56,649 nucleotides of DNA from an uncultured Elusimicrobiaceae bacterium (GCA_964622585.1 CAZUQT010000002.1:1-56649); one strand, 5' to 3'. Positions 18,648 to 27,721 are shown, numbered from the stretch's first letter. Program-made: numbers and translations. The notes: generated by a model not told the origin, from the sequence alone.

Positions 18648-19621
18648 TTTCTCGCAAGCTCGAGCTCGCTTTTTCTTGAAGCGTAATTCGCCGGGGCGGG
18701 CCCGGTATAGCTGAAAAGATACCAGTTTATCGTTTCCTCAAGCCAGGCCGCGGCCGGCGTGGAGGCCCAGCCCAGCTCTTTTTCGGCTTTCGAAATGTCC
18801 AGCACGAAGTCCCCGCCCATGGAGAAAGGGGAGGCTTCGAAATTAAAGCCGTTTTCCTTGAGCCAGGCATAGTCCGGGTAGAGGATCTCGGCTTCTTTAT
18901 GCATTACCCTGGCGGAGATCTTTACGAAATCGTCGAGCGTCAGCGGCCGGGAGTCCCCTAGATTATACGCCTTGCCGTAGGGCTCTTCGGAATAAATAAT
19001 GGTTTCTATGGCCCGGGCCAGGTCTTTGGAGAAGATAAACCGGTTATTAAAAGCGAAACCGGGCAGGAAGATCGGCCCCCCCCCGGCCAAACGCAGCCAG
19101 TAGGAATAAGCCCGCAAGGTAGGATCGTTTGGGCCTATTACTACCGGCGGGCGTATTATCGCGGCGGGGAATTTCTTTTCAAGGAAGGCTTTGAGGTATT
19201 CCCGCTCGGCGGCGTATTTCCCCAGGCCATAGGCGTATTTTTCTTTAAGCTGCGGCTTGAGGGCCAGGAGCTCGGTCTGGTTCTCCCTGAACGGCGAGGA
19301 GGAGCCCTCCAGGACCGAGTAGACCGAGGCGGAGGAGGTGAAGAGGTAGAGCCCGGTGCGGCCGCTGAAAACCCTTATTGCTTTCTGCGCGTCCTCCGCG
19401 TTAAAGCAGATATTGTCGATTATTACGTCCCAGGGCTCCACCGCCATCCGCGAGAGGTCTATTTCAACGGTGCGGTCCCCGCGGGTCTGGCGTATGTCGA
19501 GCGGCAGCCCTTCCACCGGGGCGCGCCTGGAAAAAACGGTAACCTCATTGCCCGCTTTTTGCAGGCGTATAGCCGTTTCTTTGCCGAAAAAGCTCGTGCC
19601 GCCGAGGATAAGTATTCTCAT
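18629..19621 (-). CDS. NAD-dependent epimerase/dehydratase family protein
   Basis: Rossmann N-terminus MRILILGGTSFFGKE and a YxxxK-type segment (YGLGKYAAE). Confidence 0.85.
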   Translation of the reverse strand: MRILILGGTSFFGKETAIRLQKAGNEVTVFSRRAPVEGLPLDIRQTRGDRTVEIDLSRMAVEPWDVIIDNICFNAEDAQKAIRVFSGRTGLYLFTSSASVYSVLEGSSSPFRENQTELLALKPQLKEKYAYGLGKYAAEREYLKAFLEKKFPAAIIRPPVVIGPNDPTLRAYSYWLRLAGGGPIFLPGFAFNNRFIFSKDLARAIETIIYSEEPYGKAYNLGDSRPLTLDDFVKISARVMHKEAEILYPDYAWLKENGFNFEASPFSMGGDFVLDISKAEKELGWASTPAAAWLEETINWYLFSYTGPAPANYASRKSELELARKWIMKL

Positions 19622-19713
19622 GACTGGTAGCCATAGTATATAAATTTTCTGTACTATCCAAAAGTAAAATGGCCTTGGAGGAAATGCCGGCTTCCCGGCT
19701 ATTTGTTTATCGG

Positions 19714-19729
19714 GTTAACACAGGTTAAC
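19714..19729. promoter_or_regulatory. distal GTTAAC pair (GTTAACACAGGTTAAC)
   Basis: Two GTTAAC palindromes with 10-bp phasing. Confidence 0.4.
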
Positions 19730-19787
19730 CAATGTTGATCATGTGAATAGTGTTGGCAACTTTAATATGTTCCTGAAACCATTGATA

Positions 19788-19816
19788 TTGCATTTATAGT
19801 TAACATAAGTTAACAT
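19788..19816 (+). promoter_or_regulatory. candidate promoter TTGCAT-N17-TAACAT-N6-ATG of the excisionase-type HTH gene
   Basis: Hexamers read directly. The spacer and -10 are overlapped by the GTTAAC repeats. Confidence 0.4.
19799..19814. promoter_or_regulatory. proximal GTTAAC pair (GTTAACATAAGTTAAC) overlapping the candidate -10
   Basis: Same 10-bp phasing, 85 bp from the distal pair. Confidence 0.4.
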
Positions 19817-19822
19817 AAAGCG

Positions 19823-20113
19823 ATGGGCAGGGAATATTTTTCAATACCCGAGGCGGCGGCGAGGCTGGGCCTTAGCCGCATAGCTGTTTTTAAAAGGGTG
19901 AAGAAAGGCCAGTTGGAAGCTCTGCGCTTCGGAAGGAACTGGGCCGTGCCCGCCGCCGCGCTTGAAAAAGCCGCGGCGCCGGTAAAAGCCGCTGTCCCGC
20001 CTAAAACCGTTCCCCCTCCGCTCCGGAAAGCGGCGCCGATCCCGGCGCCAGCGGCGAAAACTTCTCCCCCGCCGGCCCCGGATTCAGAAATGGATTCTAT
20101 GGGTTGGGATTAG
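19823..20113 (+). CDS. excisionase/MerR-type helix-turn-helix DNA-binding protein with a Pro/Ala-rich tail
   Basis: FSIPEAAARLGLSRIAVFKRVKKGQLEALRFGRNWAV matches the excisionase-family HTH pattern. The C-terminal half is low-complexity P/A. Confidence 0.72.
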   Translation: MGREYFSIPEAAARLGLSRIAVFKRVKKGQLEALRFGRNWAVPAAALEKAAAPVKAAVPPKTVPPPLRKAAPIPAPAAKTSPPPAPDSEMDSMGWD

Positions 20114-20162
20114 TCCCCGGGCCGGGAACTTCAGGCGAAGTTCCACGCCCGCAGGGTCCGGG

Positions 20163-22415
20163 TCAATACCACATCGGCGAAAAAGCCATGAACCGCGCAA
20201 GCGGGAACTCGGTGTACGGCCTGTCGTCCGTTACGGCCGGATATCGCGCGGACATTGCGTCCACTCCGGCGGTATCCATTATCCGCGTGTCGGTTATGAA
20301 GCGCGCGGTAACATAAGGCAGTTCGCTTTGCACTTTCCCGCTCTTTATCCTGCCGTCCAGGGTTTTAGCGTCGGCTTCTATCTTATTGTCCGAAGCCATC
20401 GCCAGGAAACCGGGCTGCCTGGGGAAACTCCATATATTTACCTGCGGAAATACGTCTTTCAGGGCGCGCAGTATCATGTAATAATCGCTTTCGAAGCAGG
20501 GCAGCGGTATCCAGAGGCTGAGCACCCCGGTCTTTGAGAGCTTCGAGCGGACTATTTTGAAAAAATCGCGGCTGTAAAGGTTTACCGCGCCCGAGCTGTA
20601 GATAGGCGGGGTGACGTCCACCACGATAGCGTCGTAAAGTTTCCGCGACCGCAGAAGTTCGTTCCTCCCGTCGTTAAGCCGGACTTCGAACCTGCCGGCC
20701 GCCTTGTCTTCTTCCCAGCTGTCCAGGAACAGCGGCCCCGTTTCGCGCACCGCCGCAAGGAGTTCCGCCACCGTCACTTTTACCCCGTGCACTACGCCCG
20801 AATGCAGCGTATTGGCCGCGCCCTGGCCTATTATGAACATCGTTTCCGGCTTTTCCTGGAAAAGAAGCGGGAAATGCGACATAAGCTTTCCGGCGTCCCC
20901 GTTCCCCGAAACGGCTACGCCGTTTATATACAGGGATTTCGCCCTGTCGCCCCTTGAGAAAACCACGTCCACGGCTCCTGCGCGGTCCTCTTTATGATAG
21001 GCCAGGCGCCCGTTCAGGTGCGCGGCGAAGCGGCTGTTAATAGTGTTGAAGACCGGGTCCGGGAGCAAGAATGAAGCCCCGGCAAGGAGCAGGCCGCCAG
21101 CCAGCCAGGGCGTGAAGCGGCGTTTTTCGCTTTCCCCGGCCATCGTGGCCAGAAGCGTCCCTGTAAGTGCGGCCAGAAGCGCGGACAGGATGAAGCTGAA
21201 TTTGGTTCCAAGTTCCGGGATTAGTATGAAGCCGGTGACCAGCGAGCCAAGGATGGTCCCAAGCGTATTTGCGCCGTAGAGCGGCCCTATAGCGCCCACC
21301 CTGCCGGCGGCGCGCACTCCGGCCTGGGCGGCCAGCGGGAAGAAAAAGCCCATAAGCAGCGTCACCGGGGTTATGATCGCGAGGGACCAGCCGAAAAGAT
21401 GGAAAATATCCGCCGCCCGGTTAAGGGGCGTATAAAGGTACTTTATATCCAGGGTCGTACTGCCTGAGAAATAGAAGGCCGCCAGGCCCAGCAGCGAGAG
21501 CCCGGCTATGGCCGCCTGGGTCCTTGCAAGCAGCGGCAGGTGGTCCTGCCCTGAATCAGCGCGGCTTTCAGCGTAGAGGCTGCCCAGCGCTATCCCCAGC
21601 AGGTAAGAGCAGAGCATTGCGGAGAAAGCGTAGACGGAGCTGCCTATGGTCAGCACCAGCAGGCGCGCCCAGAGCACTTCCAGCGCAAGCGCGGTGAAGC
21701 CTGAGGCCCCCATGACCAGCAGCATCCGCCTGTAGCCGCGCGCGCCCTCGGCGGTCGGCTGCGCTGGCGCCGCCGGCGCCCTGTCGGGCGGGTTCGAAAG
21801 AAATACCCGCAGCGCTATGGCCAGGTTCAGCGCCGCGGCCAGCGCCGCCGTGCCTTTTTCCCCGACATGGCCTATCAGAAGGTAGCCCGCCGCCAGGACT
21901 CCCAGGGCGGCGCCCAGCGTATTTAGCGCGTAAAGCTTCGAGATCTTCCCCCCCGCGTCGGCCGCGCCGGAGGAGAGGCCGCTTGCGAGCAGCGGAAGCG
22001 TGGCGCCCATCAGCGCCGTCGGAATTATAAGCACGGCCGCGGAAACAAGCAGGCGTATGGAGGTAATCGCGGCGGCGGCGCCGGGCGCGCCCCCCTCGGG
22101 CAGCAGCGGGGCGATAAGCTCCGGCAGGCCGGCCATGAGCAGCGTTGCGCCCAGGGCCGACAGCGCTATCAGGAGCTCGAGCGCGGCGTAAATTTTAAGC
22201 GGGTTCTTCAGCCCGTCCGCCTTTCTCCCGGCGAGGACGGCCCCCAGGGCCAGGCCGCCCATGAAGACGGCCAGCACGGTGCTGGTGGCTTCCAGCGTAG
22301 TCCCGAATACCCGGATCAGCATGCGGAACCAGACGGTTTCATAGGCCAGCCCGCTCAGGCCGGAGATAAAGAACAGCAAAGGTATATTGGGAGTGTTTTT
22401 AAAAATATTTTTCAT
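20163..22415 (-). CDS. fused polytopic membrane domain / spermidine-synthase-like protein
   Basis: The ATG at 22415 gives MKNIFKNTPNIPLLFFISGLSGLAYETVWFRML, then about 12 TM helices and a C-terminal class-I methyltransferase-fold aminopropyltransferase-like domain (FIIGQGAANT..., DAIVVDVTPP). Confidence 0.82.
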   Translation of the reverse strand: MKNIFKNTPNIPLLFFISGLSGLAYETVWFRMLIRVFGTTLEATSTVLAVFMGGLALGAVLAGRKADGLKNPLKIYAALELLIALSALGATLLMAGLPELIAPLLPEGGAPGAAAAITSIRLLVSAAVLIIPTALMGATLPLLASGLSSGAADAGGKISKLYALNTLGAALGVLAAGYLLIGHVGEKGTAALAAALNLAIALRVFLSNPPDRAPAAPAQPTAEGARGYRRMLLVMGASGFTALALEVLWARLLVLTIGSSVYAFSAMLCSYLLGIALGSLYAESRADSGQDHLPLLARTQAAIAGLSLLGLAAFYFSGSTTLDIKYLYTPLNRAADIFHLFGWSLAIITPVTLLMGFFFPLAAQAGVRAAGRVGAIGPLYGANTLGTILGSLVTGFILIPELGTKFSFILSALLAALTGTLLATMAGESEKRRFTPWLAGGLLLAGASFLLPDPVFNTINSRFAAHLNGRLAYHKEDRAGAVDVVFSRGDRAKSLYINGVAVSGNGDAGKLMSHFPLLFQEKPETMFIIGQGAANTLHSGVVHGVKVTVAELLAAVRETGPLFLDSWEEDKAAGRFEVRLNDGRNELLRSRKLYDAIVVDVTPPIYSSGAVNLYSRDFFKIVRSKLSKTGVLSLWIPLPCFESDYYMILRALKDVFPQVNIWSFPRQPGFLAMASDNKIEADAKTLDGRIKSGKVQSELPYVTARFITDTRIMDTAGVDAMSARYPAVTDDRPYTEFPLARFMAFSPMWY

Positions 22416-22527
22416 TAAGCGCCTTGTGTCGGACCAGGTGTTATATTTTAAATTATTTAAGGCCGCGCGTGGGCGGCGGCCCCTGTGTACGGTCAAACAG
22501 CCGTCGTCTTTCCCCCCGGCCAATAAA

Positions 22528-22535
22528 TGTATAAT
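22528..22535 (+). promoter_or_regulatory. extended -10 (TGTATAAT), 6 nt upstream of the in-frame ATG at 22542 of the SPFH gene
   Basis: Read directly. Confidence 0.45.
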
Positions 22536-22541
22536 CTTTTT

Positions 22542-23435
22542 ATGAATAATTCTTTTTTCGACGACCTGGATGATATCATCGGGGAATTTAAGAAACAGTT
22601 CATTAAGGAATCTGACAAGAATAACGGAGGAAAAATGGAAAAAGACTTTGCGGGTAAATTGCTGCTGCCGGTCCTGGTGGTTGTAGCGGTAGTGATCGGG
22701 TTTTCGTCCTATTTTATCGTCCCTCCCGGCGAGGTGGCCATAAAGACCCGCGTCGGGGCGATCATCGGCTCCTATAGCGAGGGCCTGCACTTCAAACTGC
22801 CCTTCCTCGAGAGCATTACGAAATTCTCCATACAGATACAGCGCGCGGATATAAAGACGCAGGCTTTCTCCAAGGACCTTCAGACCATGAACAGCCACCT
22901 GGTAGTGAACCACCGCATCCAGCAGGGCACCGCGGTCAGCATCTTCAGGAACCTCGGGCCAAATTACGTCGAGACCATAGTGGACCCCACCGTGCAGGAG
23001 ATCTTTAAATCGATCGCCGCCAAGTTCTCCGCGGAAAGGATAATAGCCGACCGGAACATCCTGGTGGAAGAGATCAACCAGGTCGCCAAAGAGAAATTAA
23101 TGAAGCAGGAGATCATCGTTACGGACATCTCCGTCGTGGACCTCGATTTCACGGAGCAGTTCCTTAAAGCGGTGGAGGACAAGCAGGTGGCGGACCAGCA
23201 GGCCCAGATGGCGGGAAAGCTCGTCGAGAAAGCCAAGCGCGACGCCGAGCAGCAGATAGCCAAGTCGCGCGGCGAGGCGGAGGCGCTGCGGATGCAGCGC
23301 GAGCAGGTCACCCCCTCCCTGATAGAATTGCGCAAAGTGGACGCGCAGCTCAAGGCCATCGAGAAATGGAACGGCGTTCTGCCGGGCTACGTCGGAGCGG
23401 GCGTTCCTTTCATCTCGATAGAAAAAGGCAAATAA
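22542..23435 (+). CDS. SPFH/band-7 (prohibitin-like) membrane protein
   Basis: A TM helix followed by IVPPGEVAIKTRVGAI... and a C-terminal coiled coil (QVADQQAQMAGKLVEKAKRDAEQQIA). The start at 22542 sits 6 nt after TGTATAAT; the alternative SD-preceded ATG is at 22635. Confidence 0.85.
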   Translation: MNNSFFDDLDDIIGEFKKQFIKESDKNNGGKMEKDFAGKLLLPVLVVVAVVIGFSSYFIVPPGEVAIKTRVGAIIGSYSEGLHFKLPFLESITKFSIQIQRADIKTQAFSKDLQTMNSHLVVNHRIQQGTAVSIFRNLGPNYVETIVDPTVQEIFKSIAAKFSAERIIADRNILVEEINQVAKEKLMKQEIIVTDISVVDLDFTEQFLKAVEDKQVADQQAQMAGKLVEKAKRDAEQQIAKSRGEAEALRMQREQVTPSLIELRKVDAQLKAIEKWNGVLPGYVGAGVPFISIEKGK

Positions 23436-23491
23436 CCCCTTCCCGCCGCCGCTTTTCGGGCGGCGGGCGGATTTTCGGCGCGATTCGCCTG

Positions 23492-23531
23492 GAAAGGCCC
23501 GCAAGCTTAAAGCCGCGGGCCTTTCTTTTTA
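23492..23531 (+). terminator. rho-independent terminator after the SPFH gene
   Basis: 11-bp stem GAAAGGCCCGC/GCGGGCCTTTC followed by TTTTT. Confidence 0.7.
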
Positions 23532-23549
23532 TTCTGGTATAATTATTCC

Positions 23550-24677
23550 GTGAAATTCCTGAAGAAGCTCGGTTTCCCCCTCCTTTTTACCTCTATTATC
23601 GGGTTTAAGCTCGCGGCCAGTCATGGCGGCATGGCTTTGTATTACGTTTCAGGCGGGCTTATGATAGCCGGTGGGCTGCTTATCGTCGCTTCCGTGTTCA
23701 TCCGGCCGGACGAAGACGGGCCCGCGCCGGACCGCCCTCCAGCCCCCGCCGCGGAGAGCGATTTATCCTTTCCCCTCTCCGCCGGCATCGACGTCCCCAA
23801 TCCGGTCCCTAACTGGGTTTATATCGCCGGCGGGCTGGCCAGCGCGGCCGGCGCCCTGATCTTCTTTACCGGGCCGAACGGCGTAAACCGGACCAGCGTG
23901 ATATCTTTCGCCCTTATTCCCGGCGGAATACTTTATATCCTCGGCGCGACTTATTTTTACGGCGACCCGGCCGACCGGCGCAATATCCTGCGCGGCGCGG
24001 CGGCGCTGGTCTCCTTCCTTATGATATTCGGCGGCATAATGACTTTCGTTTTTATAGCCGCGGGCGCTTTTGACCCTGGGCAGGGCCGTCCCTACGCCAT
24101 CCTGGCGGTTTTTTTCATCCTTTTGGGCATGTGGGGCGCTTATTACGGCATGAAATACCAGCAGAGCGCCGAGGGCCGGGCGATCGGCCGCAAGCTGGGC
24201 TTTACCGACGCCGACGGCGCCGTTTATTCCGACGGAGCTTACGATTCCAAAGGCGTAATGAACGGGGTGGAAACGCTTTTTAACGTCGAGCCGCGGAGCG
24301 GCGGAAGGAATTCCCCCCCGTATTTCACTCTTGAGGTTCTCTGCCGCTGCCCTAATGCGCGCGGCGTGGCTCTTTCCGTCCGGCCTGAGGGCTTTTTGGG
24401 CAAGCTGGCCATCTCTTTTAATTCCCTGCCGCGCCTGCCCGGCGTGCCGTACTGGGATTTTTACGAAGTGCGCTGTGACCGCCCGGAATTCGCGCAGAAT
24501 ATTCTCGCCGAAGCGAGGCGCGGGGACAATATTTTTAATGATAAAGCCGGTTTCCTTGAGATGTCCCTGGAAGGAAGCGATTTTAAATTTACTTTCCGCA
24601 GCGAAGGCTATGCCGATACAGCGTATGTTTATCGCGTCTTGCAGGAAACATCTAAGTTAGCTTCCCTCTTCCATTAA
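23550..24677 (+). CDS. hypothetical membrane protein (about 6 TM helices plus a soluble C-terminal domain)
   Basis: GTG start and hydrophobic N-terminal half. The C-terminal domain weakly resembles the soluble domain of the 30196/30862 paralogs. Confidence 0.55.
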   Translation: MKFLKKLGFPLLFTSIIGFKLAASHGGMALYYVSGGLMIAGGLLIVASVFIRPDEDGPAPDRPPAPAAESDLSFPLSAGIDVPNPVPNWVYIAGGLASAAGALIFFTGPNGVNRTSVISFALIPGGILYILGATYFYGDPADRRNILRGAAALVSFLMIFGGIMTFVFIAAGAFDPGQGRPYAILAVFFILLGMWGAYYGMKYQQSAEGRAIGRKLGFTDADGAVYSDGAYDSKGVMNGVETLFNVEPRSGGRNSPPYFTLEVLCRCPNARGVALSVRPEGFLGKLAISFNSLPRLPGVPYWDFYEVRCDRPEFAQNILAEARRGDNIFNDKAGFLEMSLEGSDFKFTFRSEGYADTAYVYRVLQETSKLASLFH

Positions 24678-24742
24678 TATTCCCCCCGTCCTTTAGCTCT
24701 ATTTTTATATTTATTAGGTATTTGAATTTATTAAATTTGGTA

Positions 24743-24771
24743 TTGACAACTTTAATAAATTGTGTTATACT
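24743..24771 (+). promoter_or_regulatory. promoter of the DUF2089/SHOCT pair (TTGACA-N17-TATACT with a TGn extension)
   Basis: Consensus -35, 17-nt spacer, TGT immediately before TATACT. AT-rich intergenic region. Confidence 0.55.
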
Positions 24772-24821
24772 TTGAATATAGCAATCAACAAATTAATAAT
24801 ATTAAGGAAAAGATTAATAAT

Positions 24822-25190
24822 ATGAATATTCCTAATAAGTGCCCATCTTGCAGCGGAAAAGTAGTTGTAACCGAATTATGCTGCTCGGATTGTAAAACTA
24901 CGGTAAAAGGAAGTTTTGAGCTTCCTTCTTTTGCGACTCTTTCCCGGGAAGACGAAAGTTTTTTGCGGGTTTTCCTCGCGGCGCGCGGCAATATAAAAGA
25001 AGTCGAGCGGCAGCTCGGTATATCCTATCCTACCGTTAAAGGCAGGCTCGACGCGCTTTTGAATAAGCTCGGATTGGGCAGTCTGCAGGCGGAAGCGAAG
25101 AAACGCCGGCTCGAGATCGTGGAGAGGCTGGAGAGGGGGGAAATAACCGCCCAGGAAGCCATCGGCCTGCTGAAAGGCCTCGAAGCCTAA
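24822..25190 (+). CDS. DUF2089-type zinc-ribbon + HTH protein
   Basis: MNIPNKCPSCSGKVVVTELCCSDCKTTVKG zinc ribbon, then FLRVFLAARGNIKEVERQLGISYPTVKGRLDALL. AAGGAAAAG SD sequence upstream. Confidence 0.78.
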   Translation: MNIPNKCPSCSGKVVVTELCCSDCKTTVKGSFELPSFATLSREDESFLRVFLAARGNIKEVERQLGISYPTVKGRLDALLNKLGLGSLQAEAKKRRLEIVERLERGEITAQEAIGLLKGLEA

Positions 25191-25200
25191 GGAGAAAAAT

Positions 25201-25569
25201 ATGAACGAAGAAAAACTGCGGATACTGAAAATGCTCGAGGAAAAAAAGATCTCTTCCGCCGAGGCGATGGAGCTTCTGGAGGCCCTGGGTAAAGCCGTCC
25301 CGGAGAGCGGCGCGGCCGGGAGGGGGAGAACTCTCCGCATTCGGGTTTACGAAAGCGGCAGCGTCGAGCCCAAAGTAAATGTTAACGTGCCCTTGGGCTG
25401 GGCCAAGTTTATGGCGCCCTTTATAGAAAGCAAGATCAAGTCCAAGCTAGCCGCTAAAGGTTATGACGTAGACCTGGAGAAGATCCAGGAGGCTATAGAC
25501 AACCAGGAGCCCATGAAAATAATAGATGTCCAGGATGGCGGAGATAAGGTTGAAATATTTATTGAATAA
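25201..25569 (+). CDS. SHOCT-like domain protein (usual partner of DUF2089)
   Basis: N-terminal EEKLRILKMLEEKKISSAEAMELLEAL helix pair, 10 nt downstream of the DUF2089 gene. Confidence 0.6.
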   Translation: MNEEKLRILKMLEEKKISSAEAMELLEALGKAVPESGAAGRGRTLRIRVYESGSVEPKVNVNVPLGWAKFMAPFIESKIKSKLAAKGYDVDLEKIQEAIDNQEPMKIIDVQDGGDKVEIFIE

Positions 25570-25592
25570 GCGTGTTGAAAAGAGGGGGGAGT

Positions 25593-25608
25593 GTTTTCAC
25601 GTGAAAAC
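25593..25608. other. parS-like centromere site 1 (GTTTTCACGTGAAAAC)
   Basis: Perfect 16-bp palindrome sharing the TTTCACGTGAAA core of canonical parS (TGTTTCACGTGAAACA). Confidence 0.7.
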
Positions 25609-25694
25609 TGCTCTCTCTGAAAATACCATGAAGAGGTTTTTGCCCCCAAAGTTCCAGCTTTGGGGGCATTTTCTTTCCGCGCTTGATCGCAAAT

Positions 25695-25710
25695 GTTTTC
25701 ACGTGGAAAC
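25695..25710. other. parS-like centromere site 2 (GTTTTCACGTGGAAAC)
   Basis: Same motif with one mismatch in the right arm. Confidence 0.6.
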
Positions 25711-25789
25711 AAAATGGCTTATATCTGCCAGCGTGCGTGTTTGCGCAGCGCGCTGCGCAGGTTGCGCTTTGTTTCTTGTTAGAGAGTAT

Positions 25790-25818
25790 TTGACTTGTTT
25801 GGATTAAAACTATAGAAT
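25790..25818 (+). promoter_or_regulatory. sigma70-type promoter of parA-parB (TTGACT-N17-TAGAAT)
   Basis: Hexamers read directly, with a 17-nt spacer. About 80-nt leader containing parS site 3. Confidence 0.5.
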
Positions 25819-25843
25819 AGTTTAGCGGTCCAAAGTAAAATAT

Positions 25844-25859
25844 GTTTTCACGTGAAAAC
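25844..25859. other. parS-like centromere site 3 (GTTTTCACGTGAAAAC)
   Basis: Identical to site 1; lies in the parA leader. Confidence 0.7.
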
Positions 25860-25902
25860 TAAAGAGACCGATCGGTATATAAAACAAAGGTTTGGAGCAT
25901 AT

Positions 25903-26745
25903 ATGGCTGAAATAGTGGCGATAGCGAACCAGAAAGGCGGCGTGGGCAAGACCACCACATCTATTAATTTAGCTGTGGCCCTGGCGGCGTTCGATTATGA
26001 GACGCTCCTTATAGACTTCGATCCCCAAAGCAATGCCACCTCAGGGCTCGGCGTGGACATTACGAAAAATAATAAAAATATTTACGACGTGCTCTGCGGC
26101 AAAGCCCCGGCGGAGTCCGCGATACACCAGACCTCTGTCGAGTGGCTGGATATTATTCCCACCAGCCATAACCTTGCCGGCGCGGAGATAGAGCTGGTAA
26201 GCGAATTCTCCCGCGAGTCCGTCCTTAAGCGCTCGCTGGAGAAAGTTAAAGGAATGTATAAATTCATTATAATAGACTGCCCGCCTTCGCTTGGGCTGCT
26301 TACCATCAATGCTCTTAACGCTTCGAATTCTGTCCTTACCCCTGTGCAGTGCGAGTTCTACGCGATGGAAGGCCTTGCTTACTTTATGAATACCGTAGAG
26401 AAGATCCGCCAGGCGCTAAACCCCGGGCTTAAGATAGACGGCGGAGTGATAACGATGTACGATTCCCGCATAAACCTCGCCAACCAGGTGAGGGGGGAAA
26501 TAGGCAAGTATTACGGCGACAAGCTTTACAAGACGGTCATCCCGCGTAATGTCCGCCTGGCCGAGGCTCCCAGTTTCGGCCAACCGATCTTTATTTACGA
26601 CCCTAGTTCCCGCGGCGCCCTTGCTTACAAAGAGCTGACTCTGGAGTTCCTTGAGCGGCGCGGCGTGGACACCTCTGTTCACAAAAAATCCGACCTGTAC
26701 GTAACCGAAGAAGCCGGAGAATTAGAGTACGACCTCGGCGGCTGA
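25903..26745 (+). CDS. parA: chromosome partitioning ATPase ParA/Soj
   Basis: Deviant Walker A AIANQKGGVGKTTT, IIIDCPPSLG. GGAG SD sequence before the ATG at 25903. The ORF-track GTG at 25852 lies inside a parS palindrome. Confidence 0.95.
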   Translation: MAEIVAIANQKGGVGKTTTSINLAVALAAFDYETLLIDFDPQSNATSGLGVDITKNNKNIYDVLCGKAPAESAIHQTSVEWLDIIPTSHNLAGAEIELVSEFSRESVLKRSLEKVKGMYKFIIIDCPPSLGLLTINALNASNSVLTPVQCEFYAMEGLAYFMNTVEKIRQALNPGLKIDGGVITMYDSRINLANQVRGEIGKYYGDKLYKTVIPRNVRLAEAPSFGQPIFIYDPSSRGALAYKELTLEFLERRGVDTSVHKKSDLYVTEEAGELEYDLGG

Positions 26746-26834
26746 CCTGTCGAGGCTTCGCCTCGGCAGGAAACCTATTGAGGCTCAACCTCGATAGTAA
26801 AGTTGAATTTGTGCTTGTTATTTAAGGAGAATAT

Positions 26835-27704
26835 ATGAGAAAAGCTTTAGGACGCGGGATAGATTCGCTTATCAGCAAGGTTCAGGACAATGATATTTCC
26901 GGGGATATCGTGCAGAGGATCCCTATCGGTAAAGTGCGCCCTAACCGGCATCAGCCGCGCAGAAATTTTGACGAAAATGCCCTGGCGGAGCTGTCGGATT
27001 CAATAAAGACCAGGGGGCTTCTGCAGCCCATTTCCGTGTGGAAGGATGCGAACGAAGATTCCTACGAACTGATCGCCGGCGAGCGCCGCCTGCGCGCCGC
27101 GAAGCTGGCCGGCCTGGCCGATATCGACGCTATCGTTAAGAAAAATCTTAACGAGGAGCAGAAGCTGGGGCTAGCGCTGATGGAGAATATCCAGCGCGAG
27201 GACCTTAACGCGATCGACACGGCGCTGGCTTATAAACAGCTGATGGATAAATTCAGCGTCTCCCAGTCCGAGATCGCCAAGCAGGTGCATAAATCCCGCG
27301 GCGCGGTGTCCAACACCCTGCGCCTGCTCGAGCTCGACGAGGATATCCGCCAGGGGATACAGGCGGGGACCATCAGCGAGGGGCATGCCCGCGCGCTCAT
27401 CTCCATCCCAGATTCGGCCAAGCGCCGCGAATATTACCAGCGGATAATGACGGAGAAACTTTCCGTGCGCGACGTGGAGAGCTTCGCCCAGGGCTTCCAC
27501 GCCGACAAGCCGCGGGCGCCGAGGGCGCCCCGCGCGGGCTCGCGCCGCACGCCCGAGGTCGTGGCCCTCGAATCCTCGCTCGAGAAAACCCTGGGCACCA
27601 AGGTGGAGGTCTGCCCCGGGCCCGGCCCGGAGAATGGTAAAATAATCATACACTACTTCTCGCTGGACGATATCGAAAGAGTAACACAGATTTTAAAAAA
27701 GTAG
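26835..27704 (+). CDS. parB: chromosome partitioning protein ParB/Spo0J
   Basis: PNRHQPRR, the GERRLRAAKLAG arginine patch and an HTH (SQSEIAKQVHKSRGAVSNTLRLL). Confidence 0.95.
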   Translation: MRKALGRGIDSLISKVQDNDISGDIVQRIPIGKVRPNRHQPRRNFDENALAELSDSIKTRGLLQPISVWKDANEDSYELIAGERRLRAAKLAGLADIDAIVKKNLNEEQKLGLALMENIQREDLNAIDTALAYKQLMDKFSVSQSEIAKQVHKSRGAVSNTLRLLELDEDIRQGIQAGTISEGHARALISIPDSAKRREYYQRIMTEKLSVRDVESFAQGFHADKPRAPRAPRAGSRRTPEVVALESSLEKTLGTKVEVCPGPGPENGKIIIHYFSLDDIERVTQILKK

Positions 27705-27721
27705 CACGACAGGATTTATTA

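Noticed and set aside
22416-22913. N-terminal extension of ORF 20163..22913 (916 aa)
   Set aside because: The extension runs through the divergent SPFH promoter and coding region and has no membrane or spermidine-synthase character. The ATG at 22415 gives a clean N-terminus (MKNIFKNTPNIPLLFFISG...).
25526-25807. 93-aa ORF across the parS cluster
   Set aside because: Its repeated CFHVKT/CFHVET peptides are simply translations of the parS palindromes. There is no SD sequence, and the region is better explained as centromere and promoter DNA.
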